Position numbers and translations under genes: made by a program. Below are positions 28,030 through 39,152 of a DNA stretch of 64,000 bases, piece by piece. Location: NCBI GenBank assembly GCA_031407755.1, contig JANOIS010000164.1, positions 6,138-70,137 of the forward strand, read 5' to 3'. Origin of the DNA: Chloroflexota bacterium. GTDB taxonomy: Bacteria; Chloroflexota; Limnocylindria; Limnocylindrales; CSP1-4. Numbering within the stretch: position 1 is the first letter of the stretch; each line of letters starts with the position of its first letter. Below the pieces are notes generated by a model. The model was not told the origin of the DNA. It ran no database searches and was given only the letters and a program-made list of their open reading frames with translations.

Positions 28030-29147
28030 GGTGCGCCGGCCGCGCCTCCGGACAGGCTCCGTACGATGTCGTAGCCGGTCACCCAGATGATGAAACCGAA
28101 CAGGAAGACGAACCCCGCGACATAGGTCATCTGCTCGGCACGGAGGCTGATCCGCTTGCCGAATACCCGCTTGAGCGTGATCATCAGCATCCGGCCGCCA
28201 TCCAGCGGCGGGAACGGCAGCACATTGACCAGGGCGAGGTTGGCCGACAGGATCCCCGCAACGTACAGGGTCAGGATCGGTCCGGCATTCCAGAACACGT
28301 CGCCGATCTGGGTCGCGATGCCGACCGGCCCGGAGACTGGGGGCGGCGCCGTGGGGTCGGCCGCCACGGACCCGACCAGTTTGCCCAGGCCACCGAGGAT
28401 GAGCCCGAGCGCCCGGACCGTCTGGTCGGCTCCGACGCCGATGGCCGTCGGCAGGTCGTTGGATGTATTGGCACCATCGAAGTAGCCCTCCCACGGGCGA
28501 GTCGCCTGCGAGATCCCGAGAGCACCCTGATCGGCATCCACCGCGGCCTGATCCCGCAACGTGACGGAGACGTCGCGACGGACCCCGTCGGGTCCATCGA
28601 GCGTCAGGACGATGGTCTCGCCCGCCCGGGACCGGAGGCTGTCGAGGATGGTCGGGCCGGTGATGAACTGCGAGCGCTGGCCATCCACCGCGACGATCGC
28701 GTCGCCGGGCTGGAGGCCCGCGGCGGCTGCCGGCGAGCCTGGCTGGACCTCGAAGAAGCGGATACCCATGAGTGGCGAGGCCAGCCACGCGATGCCGGTG
28801 AAGATGACGAACGAGAGGAGGACGTTCATCACGACACCCGCGACGAGGATCACGAGTTTCTTGGGCAGCCCCTGGGCAGAGAATGAGCGCGGATCCGTGG
28901 CGGCGTCGCCATCCTCGCCCTCGAGCTTGACGAACCCGCCGATCGGCAGCCAGTTGAGCGAGTACAGGGTCTCGCCCTTGTTGCGCAGAACCTTCGCCCG
29001 CGGCGGGAAGCCGACCCCGAATTCCAGCACGCGGACGTTGGCCAGGCGGGCCGTCACGAAGTGGCCCAGCTCGTGGATAACGACCAGGATCCCGAGGATC
29101 CCGAAGAACAGGACGATCGTGACGATCGATTGAAGGAAACCGGTCAT
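28026..29147 (-). CDS. rseP: RIP site-2 metalloprotease (M50, RseP family) with a PDZ domain
   Basis: The product has the HELGHF zinc motif, multiple TM helices, a PDZ-like segment ([17 protein letters not shown]) and the LPFPPLDGG motif. Confidence 0.9.
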   Translation of the reverse strand: MTGFLQSIVTIVLFFGILGILVVIHELGHFVTARLANVRVLEFGVGFPPRAKVLRNKGETLYSLNWLPIGGFVKLEGEDGDAATDPRSFSAQGLPKKLVILVAGVVMNVLLSFVIFTGIAWLASPLMGIRFFEVQPGSPAAAAGLQPGDAIVAVDGQRSQFITGPTILDSLRSRAGETIVLTLDGPDGVRRDVSVTLRDQAAVDADQGALGISQATRPWEGYFDGANTSNDLPTAIGVGADQTVRALGLILGGLGKLVGSVAADPTAPPPVSGPVGIATQIGDVFWNAGPILTLYVAGILSANLALVNVLPFPPLDGGRMLMITLKRVFGKRISLRAEQMTYVAGFVFLFGFIIWVTGYDIVRSLSGGAAGAP

Positions 29148-30319
29148 GCCACGGGTCCCGACGCGAAGGCGGCCCGGACTTCGGCGTCGAGCGCGACGAG
29201 GGTCTCGACATCCGGCTCGGGCTCACCGCTGCCGCCGAATCGCGCGACGGCGGCCTCGAGCAGCCGGGGGATGCCGTTGAAATCGAGCGTGCCGTCGAGG
29301 AATCGCGCGACCGCAACGTCGTCGGCGGCGATCAATGCGGCCGATGCACTCGGCCCCGTGATGCCAGCCGCGCGCGCGATCCGGAGCGCCGGGAATCGAT
29401 CGATATCGGGCGCTCGGAAGTCGAGACGCGCGGTCGCGATCAGGTCCGGTGGTGCAGCCGGCGACGGCCGGCGATGTGGGTAGGTCATGGCGTATTGGAT
29501 GGGAAGTCGCATATCCGGGGTGCCCAGCTGGGCCTTGAGGGAACCGTCCACGAAGCGAACGGCGGAGTGGACAACGCTCTGCGGGTGGATGACCACCTCG
29601 ATCGCGGCGTAGTCGACATCGTACAGCCAGTGCGCCTCGATGACCTCCAGACCCTTGTTGGCGAGCGTCGCGGAATCGATGGTGATCTTGGCTCCCATGG
29701 TCCAGGTCGGGTGCTTGAGGGCTCGTTCCGGAGTCACCGCCGCCATCTCCGCCGGCGTCGCATCCAGGAACGGACCGCCGGACGCGGTGAGGATAAGGGC
29801 GGCAACGCCCGACATGGGTTCGCCGACGAGGCACTGCCAGATGGCCGAGTGCTCGGAATCGATCGGTCGGAGCCACGCGAGCGGACTCGCGTACGGATCT
29901 CCAGGTGAGGTGGCGGCCCGATCCGCACCCAGGCGGCGGGCCAGCGGCATGACGAGGTGGCCGCCCGCGACCAGTGTCTCCTTGTTGGCGGTGGCGACGA
30001 TCTTGCCGGCGCGGAGCGCTGCCAGGACCGGCCGCAGGCTGACGACGCCTCCGGTCGCGATGACCACGAGGTCGACGTCGTCACGAGTGGCGATCTCGGC
30101 CAACGCGTCGCCGTCGGCTCCGACCGTGGTGACGGGAACGCTCAGTCGGGCGGCCTGCTCCTCCAGCAACGCCCGATTCGAGCCCGTGGCGAGGGCGACG
30201 ACCCGAAACAGGTCCGGATGCGCGGCGAGCACGTCGACGGTCTGGCGTCCGATCGAGCCAGTCGAGCCGAGCAGCGCCACCCGACGCGGCCCGGACTCAG
30301 CCGAGGAGGGCGACGACAT
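29144..30319 (-). CDS. dxr: 1-deoxy-D-xylulose 5-phosphate reductoisomerase
   Basis: The product has [30 protein letters not shown] and HPQSVVHS motifs. Confidence 0.95.
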   Translation of the reverse strand: MSSPSSAESGPRRVALLGSTGSIGRQTVDVLAAHPDLFRVVALATGSNRALLEEQAARLSVPVTTVGADGDALAEIATRDDVDLVVIATGGVVSLRPVLAALRAGKIVATANKETLVAGGHLVMPLARRLGADRAATSPGDPYASPLAWLRPIDSEHSAIWQCLVGEPMSGVAALILTASGGPFLDATPAEMAAVTPERALKHPTWTMGAKITIDSATLANKGLEVIEAHWLYDVDYAAIEVVIHPQSVVHSAVRFVDGSLKAQLGTPDMRLPIQYAMTYPHRRPSPAAPPDLIATARLDFRAPDIDRFPALRIARAAGITGPSASAALIAADDVAVARFLDGTLDFNGIPRLLEAAVARFGGSGEPEPDVETLVALDAEVRAAFASGPVA

Positions 30320-31124
30320 ACAGGGTCACGACGGGGGCGGCGAACAGGAACGAGTCCACGCGGTCCAGCATGCCCCCGTGGCCGGGAATGAGCGTGCCCG
30401 AATCCTTGGCATTGGCCGCGCGCTTGAGCATGGACTCCGCGAGGTCGCCGGCCTGCGCGGCGAGGGCAGTGAGCGGACCGAGGATGAGGGCGTGGCTCGG
30501 CGAGTGGCCAAGGCCAGCGAGGACGGCGCCCACGACGACCGTGGTGGCCACGACCCCACCGACGAGCCCGGCGTAGGTCTTGGATGGCGAGATGTGCTCG
30601 AGGAACCGCTCGCGGCCAAATCGCCTGCCGACCAGAAAGGCACCCGTGTCGTACGCCCACACGGCGAGCACGAGCAGCAGGATCCAGCCGCGTTCTGGCC
30701 CGAGGCCGGCCAGCGGCGCATCCGTAGGGACGGCCGGTGCGGCGTGGCCCAGACGAACCACGAATGCGAGGAGGCTCACATACAGCGCTCCGAAGATCGT
30801 CGCCATCCAGGTCGCCAGCCCGTCGCGCGGATCCGGCCGACTGAAGGACGCGACCGATACGAGCACGATCCCGATGGCCACCAGCAGCAGCCCGCTCCCC
30901 TCCAGGACGCCTGGGAACGCCGCATCGAGGATGACCGTTAGGGCGAGCACGGTACCGAGGACGGGCAGGGTCGGGTGGCCCGCGCTGCTCAGGAGCGCGA
31001 ACGCTTCACGGGCGGCAAGGACCGTGACAACGGCGGTGGCCGCCGCGAGGAACGGGCCACCGAGCGCCAGGACGATAAGCAGGACCGGGACGAGGACGGC
31101 GGCGCTCAGAGCTCGCGAGCGCAC
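30297..31124 (-). CDS. cdsA: Phosphatidate cytidylyltransferase
   Basis: This is a polytopic membrane protein with the C-terminal signature SMLKRAANAKDSGTLIPGHGGMLDRVDS. Confidence 0.9.
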   Translation of the reverse strand: MRSRALSAAVLVPVLLIVLALGGPFLAAATAVVTVLAAREAFALLSSAGHPTLPVLGTVLALTVILDAAFPGVLEGSGLLLVAIGIVLVSVASFSRPDPRDGLATWMATIFGALYVSLLAFVVRLGHAAPAVPTDAPLAGLGPERGWILLLVLAVWAYDTGAFLVGRRFGRERFLEHISPSKTYAGLVGGVVATTVVVGAVLAGLGHSPSHALILGPLTALAAQAGDLAESMLKRAANAKDSGTLIPGHGGMLDRVDSFLFAAPVVTLYVVALLG

Positions 31125-31133
31125 CCGACGAGC

Positions 31134-31898
31134 CTAGCGCCCGAAGCGGCGCTGACGCCGCGCGAACTCGAGCAGGGCGCCATCGAAAGCATCCGGCCCG
31201 AAGTCCGGCCAGAGGGCCTCGCAGAAGTACAACTCGGCGTAGGCCGACTGCCAGATCAGGAAGTTGGACAGGCGCTGCTCGCCACCAGTCCGGATGACGA
31301 GGTCCGGATCCGGCAGGCCGGCGGTGTACAGCGCGCCCGTAACGGCGGCTTCGTCGATCGACTCGGGCGACGCGCCGGCGGCGACGAGACGCCGGACCGC
31401 GTCCACGAGCTCCGTGCGGCCGGCGTAGTTGAAGGCGATGTTGAGGCGTAGCCGGGTGCCGTCGGCGGTGGCTTCAAGGGCCTCGCCGATCGACGCGCGG
31501 GTCGCGTCCGGGAGTTCGTCGAGGCGGCCCAGGAGGCTGACCCGCACGCCCTGTCGGCGCAGCTCGTCCGTCTCGCTGCGGATCGCCCCCTCAAGCAGGC
31601 CGAACAGGCCGTTCACCTCGTCGTCCGAGCGCGCCCAGTTCTCGCGGCTGAACGCGTACAGGGTCAGGACCGGGACGCCGCGGCGGACAGCATGTCGCAG
31701 GAGCTCACGGATGGCTTCGACGCCGGCCGCATGGCCATCCAGTTCAGGCAGGTCGCGCTGACGGGCCCAGCGCCGGTTGCCGTCCATGATGATCGCGACG
31801 TGCCGCGGCAGGTCCTCCAGTGGGACCAGCGGAGCCTCCGCGTGGTCGTGGGCGGCCGGTGGCGCGTCGGTCGGCCGGGTCAACGGCGTGTGGGCCAC
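31134..31898 (-). CDS. uppS: Isoprenyl transferase (undecaprenyl diphosphate synthase family)
   Basis: The product has HVAIIMDGNRRWA, LTLYAFSRENW and RTGGEQRLSNFLIWQSAYAELYF. A GTG start at 31898 shares 1 nt with the frr TAG. The track ORF is over-extended. Confidence 0.9.
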   Translation of the reverse strand: MAHTPLTRPTDAPPAAHDHAEAPLVPLEDLPRHVAIIMDGNRRWARQRDLPELDGHAAGVEAIRELLRHAVRRGVPVLTLYAFSRENWARSDDEVNGLFGLLEGAIRSETDELRRQGVRVSLLGRLDELPDATRASIGEALEATADGTRLRLNIAFNYAGRTELVDAVRRLVAAGASPESIDEAAVTGALYTAGLPDPDLVIRTGGEQRLSNFLIWQSAYAELYFCEALWPDFGPDAFDGALLEFARRQRRFGR

Positions 31899-32455
31899 TA
31901 GACCTCGAGGACTTCCTGTTCCTTGGCTGCGCCGCGTCGATCGACCTCGGCGATGTGGCGGTCCGTCGTCTTCTGGAGCAGATCGAGCTGGCGGTGGCCC
32001 TCGTCCGACCCGACCGTGCCGTCCCGCTCTTCTTTTTTGAGATGGTCGTTGGCGTCGCGGCGGAGGTTGCGGATCTCGACGCGCGCCTCTTCCATACGCT
32101 TGTGGACGCCCTTGACCAGGTCCTTGCGTCGTTCCTCGGTCAACGGCGGGATGTTGAGTCGCACGACGGTGCCGTCGACGTTGGGGGTGATCCCGATGTC
32201 GCTCCTGGTGATCGCCTTCTCGATGGCGCCCAGAACGCCTCGGTCCCACGGCTGGATGACGATCTGGTGAGGCTCGGGAACGCTGATCCCGGCCAGCTGG
32301 TTGAGCGGGGTCTGGGTGCCGTAGTAATCGACCACGATACGTTCGACCAGTGCGGTCGATGCGCGACCGGTCCGAAAGCCCTGAAAGTCGCGCTCCATGG
32401 CGTCCACGGCCCGGGCCATCTTCTGGTCAGCATCGGTGAGGATCTCGCTGCTCAT
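31898..32455 (-). CDS. frr: Ribosome recycling factor
   Basis: The product is 185 aa and contains [19 protein letters not shown]...IQPWD...[13 protein letters not shown]. Confidence 0.95.
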   Translation of the reverse strand: MSSEILTDADQKMARAVDAMERDFQGFRTGRASTALVERIVVDYYGTQTPLNQLAGISVPEPHQIVIQPWDRGVLGAIEKAITRSDIGITPNVDGTVVRLNIPPLTEERRKDLVKGVHKRMEEARVEIRNLRRDANDHLKKEERDGTVGSDEGHRQLDLLQKTTDRHIAEVDRRGAAKEQEVLEV

Positions 32456-33252
32456 GCCGGCCTCCCTGCTTCTGTGGCCCCCGTCGCCCCCGTCGCCCCC
32501 GTCGCCCCCGAGATCACGGTACCGACTGGTTCACCGGTTGCCACCTTGGTGATGTTGTCAGGATGATCGAGCTTGAACACGATGATCGGCAGGTCATTCT
32601 CCATGCACAGGCTCACGGCGGCGGCATCCAGGACCTTGAGCTGGTCACGGAGCAGATCGGCGTATTCCAGATGAGCGTAACGCCGTGCGTCGGGGTTCGT
32701 CATCGGGTCGCGGTCGTACACGCCGTCCACCTTGGTCGCCTTGAGCAGGACCTCGGCGTTGATCTCGACCGCGCGCAGGGCCGCGGCCGTATCCGTCGTG
32801 AAGTACGGGTTGCCGGTCCCGGCCACGAAGATCGCGACGCGACCCTTCTCGAGGTGGCGGATCGCGCGGCGGCGGATGTACGGCTCGGCGACCTCAGGCA
32901 TGGCGATCGCGGTCATGACCCGGGTCGGCACGCCGGCCTTCTCGAGGGCGTCCTGGAGCGCGAGTCCATTCATGACGGTCGCCAGCATCCCGATGTAGTC
33001 GCCGGTGGCACGGTCCATCCCCTTGGCGGCGGCGGCCAGGCCACGGAAGATGTTGCCGCCGCCGACCACGATGCCAACCTGGACTCCGCGGTCCATGACG
33101 TGCCGGACCTGGTCGGCGATGAACGCACAGAAGGCGGGGTCCACGCCGTACGGGCGATCACCCAGGAGTGCCTCGCCGGACAGCTTGAGCAGGATCCGCC
33201 GATAGCGCACGGACGGCTCCGAGGCGACCTGGGCGGTCGCCGTCTGATTCAC
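32452..33252 (-). CDS. pyrH: UMP kinase with a short (GAT)n C-terminal tail
   Basis: The product has [26 protein letters not shown] and [10 protein letters not shown]. The tail [13 protein letters not shown] is encoded by a 9-bp repeat at about 32476-32510. Confidence 0.93.
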   Translation of the reverse strand: MNQTATAQVASEPSVRYRRILLKLSGEALLGDRPYGVDPAFCAFIADQVRHVMDRGVQVGIVVGGGNIFRGLAAAAKGMDRATGDYIGMLATVMNGLALQDALEKAGVPTRVMTAIAMPEVAEPYIRRRAIRHLEKGRVAIFVAGTGNPYFTTDTAAALRAVEINAEVLLKATKVDGVYDRDPMTNPDARRYAHLEYADLLRDQLKVLDAAAVSLCMENDLPIIVFKLDHPDNITKVATGEPVGTVISGATGATGATGATEAGRPA

Positions 33253-33848
33253 AGCTCCTCCCCGAGCGCATAGCGGACGAAGCGGCGCACACGGATGTTC
33301 TCACCGATGGTCGAGATCTTCTCCGTGATCAGGTCGCCCACGGTCCGCTCTTCATCGCGGAAGGGCTGATCCACCAGGGCGACCTGCGAGTACCACTTCT
33401 TGAGCTGCCCCTCGATGATCTGGGGCCGGATGCTCTCGGGTTTTGCCTGGACGGATTCGTCGGCAAGGAGCTCGGCCTTGCGGGCGTCGAGTGCCTCTGT
33501 CGGGATGCTCGCCTGGTCCACGTACAGGGGCGCCAGGCCGGCGATCTGGATCGCGATATCGCGGACCAGTTTCTGGAACTCGTCCGTTCGGGCCACGAAA
33601 TCCGTCTCGCAGTTGACCTCGACCAGCACGCCTACGCGGCCGCCGGTATGGATGTAACTCGAGACGAGGCCCTCGCGGGCGTCGCGACCGGCCTTCTTGG
33701 CCGCAGCAGCCAGGCCCTTGTCGCGCAGCAGGACGATGGCCTTGTCGATGTCGCCGTCGGCTTCGGTCAGGGCCTTCTTGCAGTCCATGAAACCGGCGCC
33801 GGTCCGCTCTCGAAGTTGCTTGACCAGCTCCGCGGGGATGTCCGCCAT
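33249..33848 (-). CDS. tsf: Elongation factor Ts (short form)
   Basis: The product starts [38 protein letters not shown] and contains [12 protein letters not shown]. It is 199 aa. The track ORF is over-extended to 34103. Confidence 0.93.
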   Translation of the reverse strand: MADIPAELVKQLRERTGAGFMDCKKALTEADGDIDKAIVLLRDKGLAAAAKKAGRDAREGLVSSYIHTGGRVGVLVEVNCETDFVARTDEFQKLVRDIAIQIAGLAPLYVDQASIPTEALDARKAELLADESVQAKPESIRPQIIEGQLKKWYSQVALVDQPFRDEERTVGDLITEKISTIGENIRVRRFVRYALGEEL

Positions 33849-33954
33849 GAGGTCGTGTGCTCCTGTTCCTGGTTTCGGGCGGTCGCCACGTGCGCCGTCG
33901 GGTGGTGTTCGATACGGGTGTGACGGCCGTCGAAAGCCGACGCCCGATGCTCGG

Positions 33955-34917
33955 TCAGGCCGGGTTATCGCCCTCGGCCTTTTCGGCCGCCTCGCGGGCG
34001 AGTTCGGTGGCGATCTCCTCGGGTGTGGCCTCGGCCGGTTCAGCGACGGCCGCTTCCGCGCGGGCAACGCGGTCGCCGGGCAGCAGGTCGTCCTCATCCG
34101 CATCGGGCTCGAACGTCAACGCCGCGCCGCCGGCGAGGGCGGCGAGGAGCTCGTCCGAGGCGCCGGCCGACTCGTCCTCGGGCTCGGGCATGGCCATCGA
34201 TTCCATGACGTCGGGCTCCGCGGAGCGGCTCGATCGCTGTTGCGCGCCTTCGATGGCGGCCTCCGCGACGAGGGTACAGAGCAGGCGGATCGCGCGGATG
34301 GCGTCGTCGTTGGCGGGGATGATGTAATCGAGCTCGTCGGGGTCGACGTTCGTGTCGCCCGTGCCCACGACCGGGATCTCGAGCTTGTTCGCCTCGGTCA
34401 CCGCGATCCGTTCCCGATGCGGGTCGACGATGAAGACCATGCCGGGCAGTCGCTTCATCTTGCGCATGCCGCCGACGGTGCCCTGGAGCTTGACCATCTC
34501 CTCGGTCAACTTGGCGGCTTCCTTTTTGGTCATCCGATCGAAGTCGCCAGCCTCCTGGCGAGCCTCGAGCTGCTCGAGCAGGCCGATGCGCTTCTTGATG
34601 GTGCTGAAGTTCGTCAGCATGCCGCCGAGCCAGCGCTTCTGAACGTACGGCATGTTGGCGCGGGTGGCCTCTGCGACGATCGGCTCCTGAGCCTGCTTCT
34701 TGGTGCCGACGAACAGGACCTGGTCACCTCGGGCGACGGTGTCACGAACGGCATCAAGGGCGACCTCAAGCCGCTTGACGGTCAGGGCAAGGTCGATGAT
34801 GTGGATCCCGTTGCGCTCGGCGAAGATGAACGGGCGCATCTTGGGGTTCCAGCGGCGAGTCTGATGGCCGAAGTGGACTCCGGCTTCCAGCAGCTGCCGC
34901 ATCGAGATGGCGGGCAC
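33955..34917 (-). CDS. rpsB: 30S ribosomal protein S2 with an acidic C-terminal extension
   Basis: The product starts (GTG)[26 protein letters not shown] and contains FVGTKKQA and DPHRERIAV. Confidence 0.95.
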   Translation of the reverse strand: MPAISMRQLLEAGVHFGHQTRRWNPKMRPFIFAERNGIHIIDLALTVKRLEVALDAVRDTVARGDQVLFVGTKKQAQEPIVAEATRANMPYVQKRWLGGMLTNFSTIKKRIGLLEQLEARQEAGDFDRMTKKEAAKLTEEMVKLQGTVGGMRKMKRLPGMVFIVDPHRERIAVTEANKLEIPVVGTGDTNVDPDELDYIIPANDDAIRAIRLLCTLVAEAAIEGAQQRSSRSAEPDVMESMAMPEPEDESAGASDELLAALAGGAALTFEPDADEDDLLPGDRVARAEAAVAEPAEATPEEIATELAREAAEKAEGDNPA

Positions 34918-35160
34918 GGTGAGCGACCTCCTGTACGGTTGTGTCCTCCGCGGGCCTCGTCGTCGGGGACCGTGGCCTTGGCCATCGGCACCACCCCGGT
35001 CGGGATGATCCGCGTGTGAGCTCCGTCCGGCGTTGGCGCCGGTTCGGGCAGTTTTTTGTGGGCGTGGCTTCGGGGGTCCCGGGCCGCGGCGGAGTGTAGC
35101 ACGTGGTCGTGGCGGCGGGGCGGGGCGGACCCGCGGCGATATGTGGGGCGGTCCCTCAGC

Positions 35161-35601
35161 TCAGAACGCCGCCCGATGGTGCCGTACCCGGGGCTCCCCT
35201 CCTCGCTCGCCCGGTTCCACCACGACGAGGTCGAAGCGCAACGGCAGGTTGGGAACACCCTGGCCATCGGGGAACAAGCCCAGATCCAGCAGCCCGTACG
35301 CCGCCTGGCGCAGGCGGGATCGCTTGCGGTGATCGACCGTCTCCTCGGCCAGGCCGAACCCGCGCGATCCGCGCCAGCGGACCTCCACGATCACGAGCGT
35401 AGCCGGCGGACCCGGGTCGACCGCCACGAGGTCGAGTTCGTGCCGGCCGACATGGACGTTCCGGGCGAGGATCCGCCAGGCGGACGCGACCAGCCGGTCC
35501 AGGACCAGCGTTTCGGCAGCATCGCCGGCCTGTTGGGCCGTGGTTCGGGACCGGTCCGGCTGACGACATGCCACGAACGTATCTTCGCAAGGGACGCTCA
35601 T
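35161..35601 (-). CDS. yraN: YraN family (UPF0102) endonuclease-like protein
   Basis: The product has GDAAETLVLDRLVASAWRILARNVHVGRHELDLVAVD...LVIVEVRWR. The true start may be internal. Confidence 0.75.
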   Translation of the reverse strand: MSVPCEDTFVACRQPDRSRTTAQQAGDAAETLVLDRLVASAWRILARNVHVGRHELDLVAVDPGPPATLVIVEVRWRGSRGFGLAEETVDHRKRSRLRQAAYGLLDLGLFPDGQGVPNLPLRFDLVVVEPGERGGEPRVRHHRAAF

Positions 35602-35657
35602 CCGCCACGTAGCTGCGACTTCACACCGGCTTACTTCGGCGTCGGCAGCGAGCCCCG

Positions 35658-36431
35658 TCAGACCGGTGCGATCTCCAGCATCGCCAGATCCGCAAGGTCG
35701 ATGGCCGCATCGTCCGCCATGACCGGCACGAGTTCTCGTTCCAGCAACTCGTGAGTCGATGGCGACGCCGACGGGTCCGCGAGCAGATCCAGCTCGAGCT
35801 GATCACCGGCCAGCGTCCGCTGCAACGCGAGGAACGAACGGCGATGAAACGGGGTCAGGCCCATCGCCCGGATCGCGTCGCGATGATCCTGTGTCGCGTA
35901 CCCCTGGTTGTGCTCCCAGCCGTAGCCCGGGTAGCGCAACGCGAGCTTGGTCATCATCCGGTCGCGAACGACCTTGGCCACGACCGACGCACAGGCGACC
36001 GAGTAGACCTTGGCATCACCATCGACGACGTTGGTGTAGGGCCCGACCTGGGCCTCGAACCCGGCGATACGGTTGCCATCCACGATGACGTGCTCGTGGC
36101 CACCGACTCGAGCGATGGCCCGGCGCATCGCGAGGTGGGTCGCGTGGTAGATGTTGAGCTGATCGATCTCGCGAACGGAAGCGGCCCCGACACCGATCGC
36201 CACCGCCCGCTGCCGGATGAGCGGCGCGAGGCGTTCGCGCTGGGCCATCGATAACGTTTTGGAGTCGCGCACGCCGGGGATCCGGTGGCAGCCGGGCCGC
36301 ATGATCACGGCCGCCGCGACGACAGCGCCGCACGTCGGCGCCACCCCGACCTCATCGACGCCGACGACTCTGATGAGCCCCTGGTTCCAGAGACGGCGCT
36401 CGAAACGGAGGGTCGGGACGATGACGGCCAT
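35658..36431 (-). CDS. rnhB: Ribonuclease HII with a divergent GRG region and a C-terminal extension
   Basis: The product has VGVDEVGVAPTCGAVVAAAV, RDSKTLS, VIVDGN and YGWEHNQGYATQDH. ATG 36431 was chosen; the track ORF starts at 36482. Confidence 0.88.
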   Translation of the reverse strand: MAVIVPTLRFERRLWNQGLIRVVGVDEVGVAPTCGAVVAAAVIMRPGCHRIPGVRDSKTLSMAQRERLAPLIRQRAVAIGVGAASVREIDQLNIYHATHLAMRRAIARVGGHEHVIVDGNRIAGFEAQVGPYTNVVDGDAKVYSVACASVVAKVVRDRMMTKLALRYPGYGWEHNQGYATQDHRDAIRAMGLTPFHRRSFLALQRTLAGDQLELDLLADPSASPSTHELLERELVPVMADDAAIDLADLAMLEIAPV

Positions 36432-36755
36432 TCGAGGGCAAGGGTACCGCGGAGAGCGGGCGCCGGCGCGGGCGCCGGCCAACTCCAGCCTGGCTGGTGT
36501 AAGGAACCGGCCGTGCCTCCAGGGGCGATGAAGGCGACCCGTTGGCCCCCTTCGCGAGCCATTCCAGGCTCGAGTGAAGGAGCATTCGTCACGGAATGCC
36601 AGTCGGGCTGGAATCGCGGACGTCCCGGGGCGCCCTCACGTCGCTTGGTTCAGTCCCACTGGAATGGGGTCGCGTCGGGCAGGGCCGCGCGGGCCGGGCC
36701 GGGCCGTCCGATCGGCCGCCGCGTCGGGCGGTCCGTCGGGTCGCGTCGGGCCGGG

Positions 36756-37106
36756 TCAGCCGTTGGTGCGCCGCTCGCGTAGCGTGGCCGCCTTGCCCAC
36801 GCGGTCGCGCAGGAAGTAGAGCTGTGCGCGACGGACCTTGCCGTGACGCAGGACCTCGATCTTGTCGATGCGCGGGCTGTTGATCTTGAATGTACGCTCG
36901 ACACCCACGCCCGACGCGATGCGCCGAACCGTGATGGAGCGGGTGATGCCGCCGCCGCGCAGGCGCATGACGGTCCCCTCGAACACCTGGATACGCTCGC
37001 GGGTGCCCTCGACGACCTTGGCGGAGACCTTCACGGTGTCACCGGAGGCGAGCTCCGGCAGGTCGGTACGGAGCTGGTCCTGGACGATCTCGTCAAGCAC
37101 GGTCAC
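36756..37106 (-). CDS. rplS: 50S ribosomal protein L19
   Basis: The product is 116 aa and contains [52 protein letters not shown]. Confidence 0.95.
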   Translation of the reverse strand: MTVLDEIVQDQLRTDLPELASGDTVKVSAKVVEGTRERIQVFEGTVMRLRGGGITRSITVRRIASGVGVERTFKINSPRIDKIEVLRHGKVRRAQLYFLRDRVGKAATLRERRTNG

Positions 37107-37152
37107 GCGGCAGTTCCTTGATCTTCAGGCAGCCAAAGCTGCGGTCGGGCGT

Positions 37153-37893
37153 TCAGAGGAGGTCGCGCTTGGGCGACCGGTGCGGGAGTATAGCATGGGC
37201 CCCGCCGTGCTCAGCCGGGCCGGCCTCGGACAGCAGGTCCGGACGGCGCTCCATTGTCCGCTCGAGAGCTCGTTCATGGCGCCAGCGGGCCACCGCGCCA
37301 TGATCACCGGAGGTGAGGATCTCCGGCACGTCCACGCCCCGGAACGAAGGCGGCCGGGTGTATTGCGGGTACTCCAGCAGCCCGCCCGTGAAGGACTCCT
37401 CGGCGGTCGAGAGGTCGTCGATGGCGCCCGGCAGGAGGCGGATCACGGCATCGATCACGACCGACGCCGGCAGCTCCCCGCCGGTCACGACGTAGTCACC
37501 GATCGATAGCTCGAGATCGACGAACGCACGGATGCGCTCATCGACGCCCTCATACCGGGGACAGACGAACACGAGGTGGTCGCAGGTGGCCAGACTGGCG
37601 GCGCGCGCGTGCGCGAACACCTCCCCTCCAGGGTCCAGCAGGATGACCATCGACTCCACACGTCGGACCGATTCGATGGCGGCGACGAGCGGCTCGACCC
37701 GCATCACCATGCCGGCACCACCGCCGTATGGGGCATCGTCGACCGATCGATGTCGGCCGAGCCCGAACTCGCGCAGATCGTGGACCCGGACGGTAGCAAG
37801 ACCGCGCTCCTGGATACGCCCGGGGATGCTCTCTGCCAGGGGGCCCGCAACCATCGTCGGAAAGAGCGTCAGGACGTCGATCTCGAGGGTCAT
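37153..37893 (-). CDS. trmD: tRNA (guanine37-N1)-methyltransferase
   Basis: The product has [19 protein letters not shown] and [11 protein letters not shown]...[14 protein letters not shown]. Confidence 0.95.
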   Translation of the reverse strand: MTLEIDVLTLFPTMVAGPLAESIPGRIQERGLATVRVHDLREFGLGRHRSVDDAPYGGGAGMVMRVEPLVAAIESVRRVESMVILLDPGGEVFAHARAASLATCDHLVFVCPRYEGVDERIRAFVDLELSIGDYVVTGGELPASVVIDAVIRLLPGAIDDLSTAEESFTGGLLEYPQYTRPPSFRGVDVPEILTSGDHGAVARWRHERALERTMERRPDLLSEAGPAEHGGAHAILPHRSPKRDLL

Positions 37894-38543
37894 GGCGCGG
37901 GATCGGGCCGCTGTTCCGGCTCCTCCCGCGGCTCCTCCCGCGGCTCCGGCGCGGGACCGACCGCACCCGTCGCTGGCTTCTTCCGCCTGGGTCCCGTCCG
38001 GCGCGGCGCCCGTGGCCGGTCCGGATCCGACCCGCGGACTTTCAACGGCCGCAGATCAAGCGCCTCGGCGTCCACGACGATCTCGCCCCGCCGCGGCGCA
38101 AAGATCCGGATGAACGCCTTCACCGCCGGCACATCGAACGTACCGAACAGCCCGCCCCCGACGACATAAACCTCGTTCTCACCGACGCGATAGATATCCT
38201 GGACGACGCCGAGCGCCGTGCCATCCAGGCCCTGGACGCTCACGCCAACGACCTCATGCCAGTAGACCTCGCCGCGGGCGAGATCGGCGGTTGCCTGCAC
38301 GGTCGTCTCGAGGTACGCCTCACGGAGCTTGTCCGCCGCCTCACGCGAAGCGATCTGTCGGAATTGCAGTCGCCAGCCCGGGCCATCCGCCACAGCCTCC
38401 GCGGACGCGATGATCAGCGGCTCGTCCGATCCCTCGCGATACAGCACCGCGCCCGGGACGAACCGGGCCTCTGGTCGGTCTGTCAGGACCTCGACGCGAA
38501 CCGCGCCGCGAAGCCCGTGGACGCCCCGCACGAGGGCGACCAC
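37890..38543 (-). CDS. rimM: 16S rRNA processing protein RimM with a basic Pro-rich tail
   Basis: The product has [24 protein letters not shown] and a PRC barrel region. It overlaps trmD by 4 nt. Confidence 0.88.
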   Translation of the reverse strand: MVALVRGVHGLRGAVRVEVLTDRPEARFVPGAVLYREGSDEPLIIASAEAVADGPGWRLQFRQIASREAADKLREAYLETTVQATADLARGEVYWHEVVGVSVQGLDGTALGVVQDIYRVGENEVYVVGGGLFGTFDVPAVKAFIRIFAPRRGEIVVDAEALDLRPLKVRGSDPDRPRAPRRTGPRRKKPATGAVGPAPEPREEPREEPEQRPDPAP

Positions 38544-38575
38544 GAGCCGCTCGGTGGCGATGGCCCGGACCTCGC

Positions 38576-38809
38576 TCAGACGATCTCGAGCTGGACCGGC
38601 TCGCCGTCGCGCGCCGCGGTGACCTTGATCAGGGTCCGCAGCGCCTTGGCCACACTGCCATTGCGCCCGATGACCTTGCCCATATCGTCCTCGGCGACGT
38701 GCAGCTCGATGACGGTCGCGCCGTCCTCCTCGACGACCTCGACCGTGACGGCATCCGGATCGTCGACCAGCGCCTTGGCGACGTATTCCACGAGTTCCCT
38801 GGCTGCCAT
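38576..38809 (-). CDS. KH domain RNA-binding protein (YlqC family)
   Basis: The product is 77 aa and contains LVEYVAKALVDDPDAVTVEVVEE...DMGKVIGRNGSVAKALRTL. Confidence 0.9.
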   Translation of the reverse strand: MAARELVEYVAKALVDDPDAVTVEVVEEDGATVIELHVAEDDMGKVIGRNGSVAKALRTLIKVTAARDGEPVQLEIV

Positions 38810-38820
38810 GGTTCGTGCTC

Positions 38821-39075
38821 CTACTTGTCGCTGGGCAGGATGCCGGCCTGCTTGAACAGGCGGGCTACGGTGTCAGAGGGCTGGGCGCCATTGGCCAGCC
38901 AGGCCCTGGCCTTGTCGGCGTCGACCTTGAACTCGACCGGCTCGGTGCGCGGGTTGTAGTGCCCGAGCGTTTCGATGGCTCGACTGTCGCGGGCGCTGCG
39001 TGCGTCGGCGACCACCACTCGGTAGGACGGCTGTTTGGTCGCGCCGACGCGCGTCAACCGGATACGGACTGCCAT
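38821..39075 (-). CDS. rpsP: 30S ribosomal protein S16
   Basis: The product starts [42 protein letters not shown] and is preceded by AAGGAGGA. Confidence 0.95.
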   Translation of the reverse strand: MAVRIRLTRVGATKQPSYRVVVADARSARDSRAIETLGHYNPRTEPVEFKVDADKARAWLANGAQPSDTVARLFKQAGILPSDK

Positions 39076-39152
39076 GGGTGCTGTGATTCCTCCTTCTTGG
39101 ACTGCCTTGGTTGACGTCGGCGGACCTGGGGACCCGCCACGCTGCTTGCGAC

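Noticed and set aside
26779-29316. 845-aa minus-strand ORF, and other over-long track ORFs (17753..18979, 31134..32249, 44989..48957, 50364..51728, 56829..59219, 15776..16333).
   Set aside because: Only the C-terminal part matches the known family (ispG, ribF, uppS, smc, plsX, yloV, rpsO). The N-terminal extensions are Arg/Pro-rich and overlap the real upstream gene in another frame. Internal starts that coincide with stop/start overlaps or SD sites give canonical protein lengths.
35027-35056. A plus-strand terminator-like hairpin, CCGGCG-TTGG-CGCCGG, followed by a T6 run.
   Set aside because: No plus-strand gene ends nearby. On the minus strand, where yraN and rpsB are transcribed, the A-run precedes the hairpin. 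At most it would terminate antisense transcription, and that is not supportable from sequence alone.
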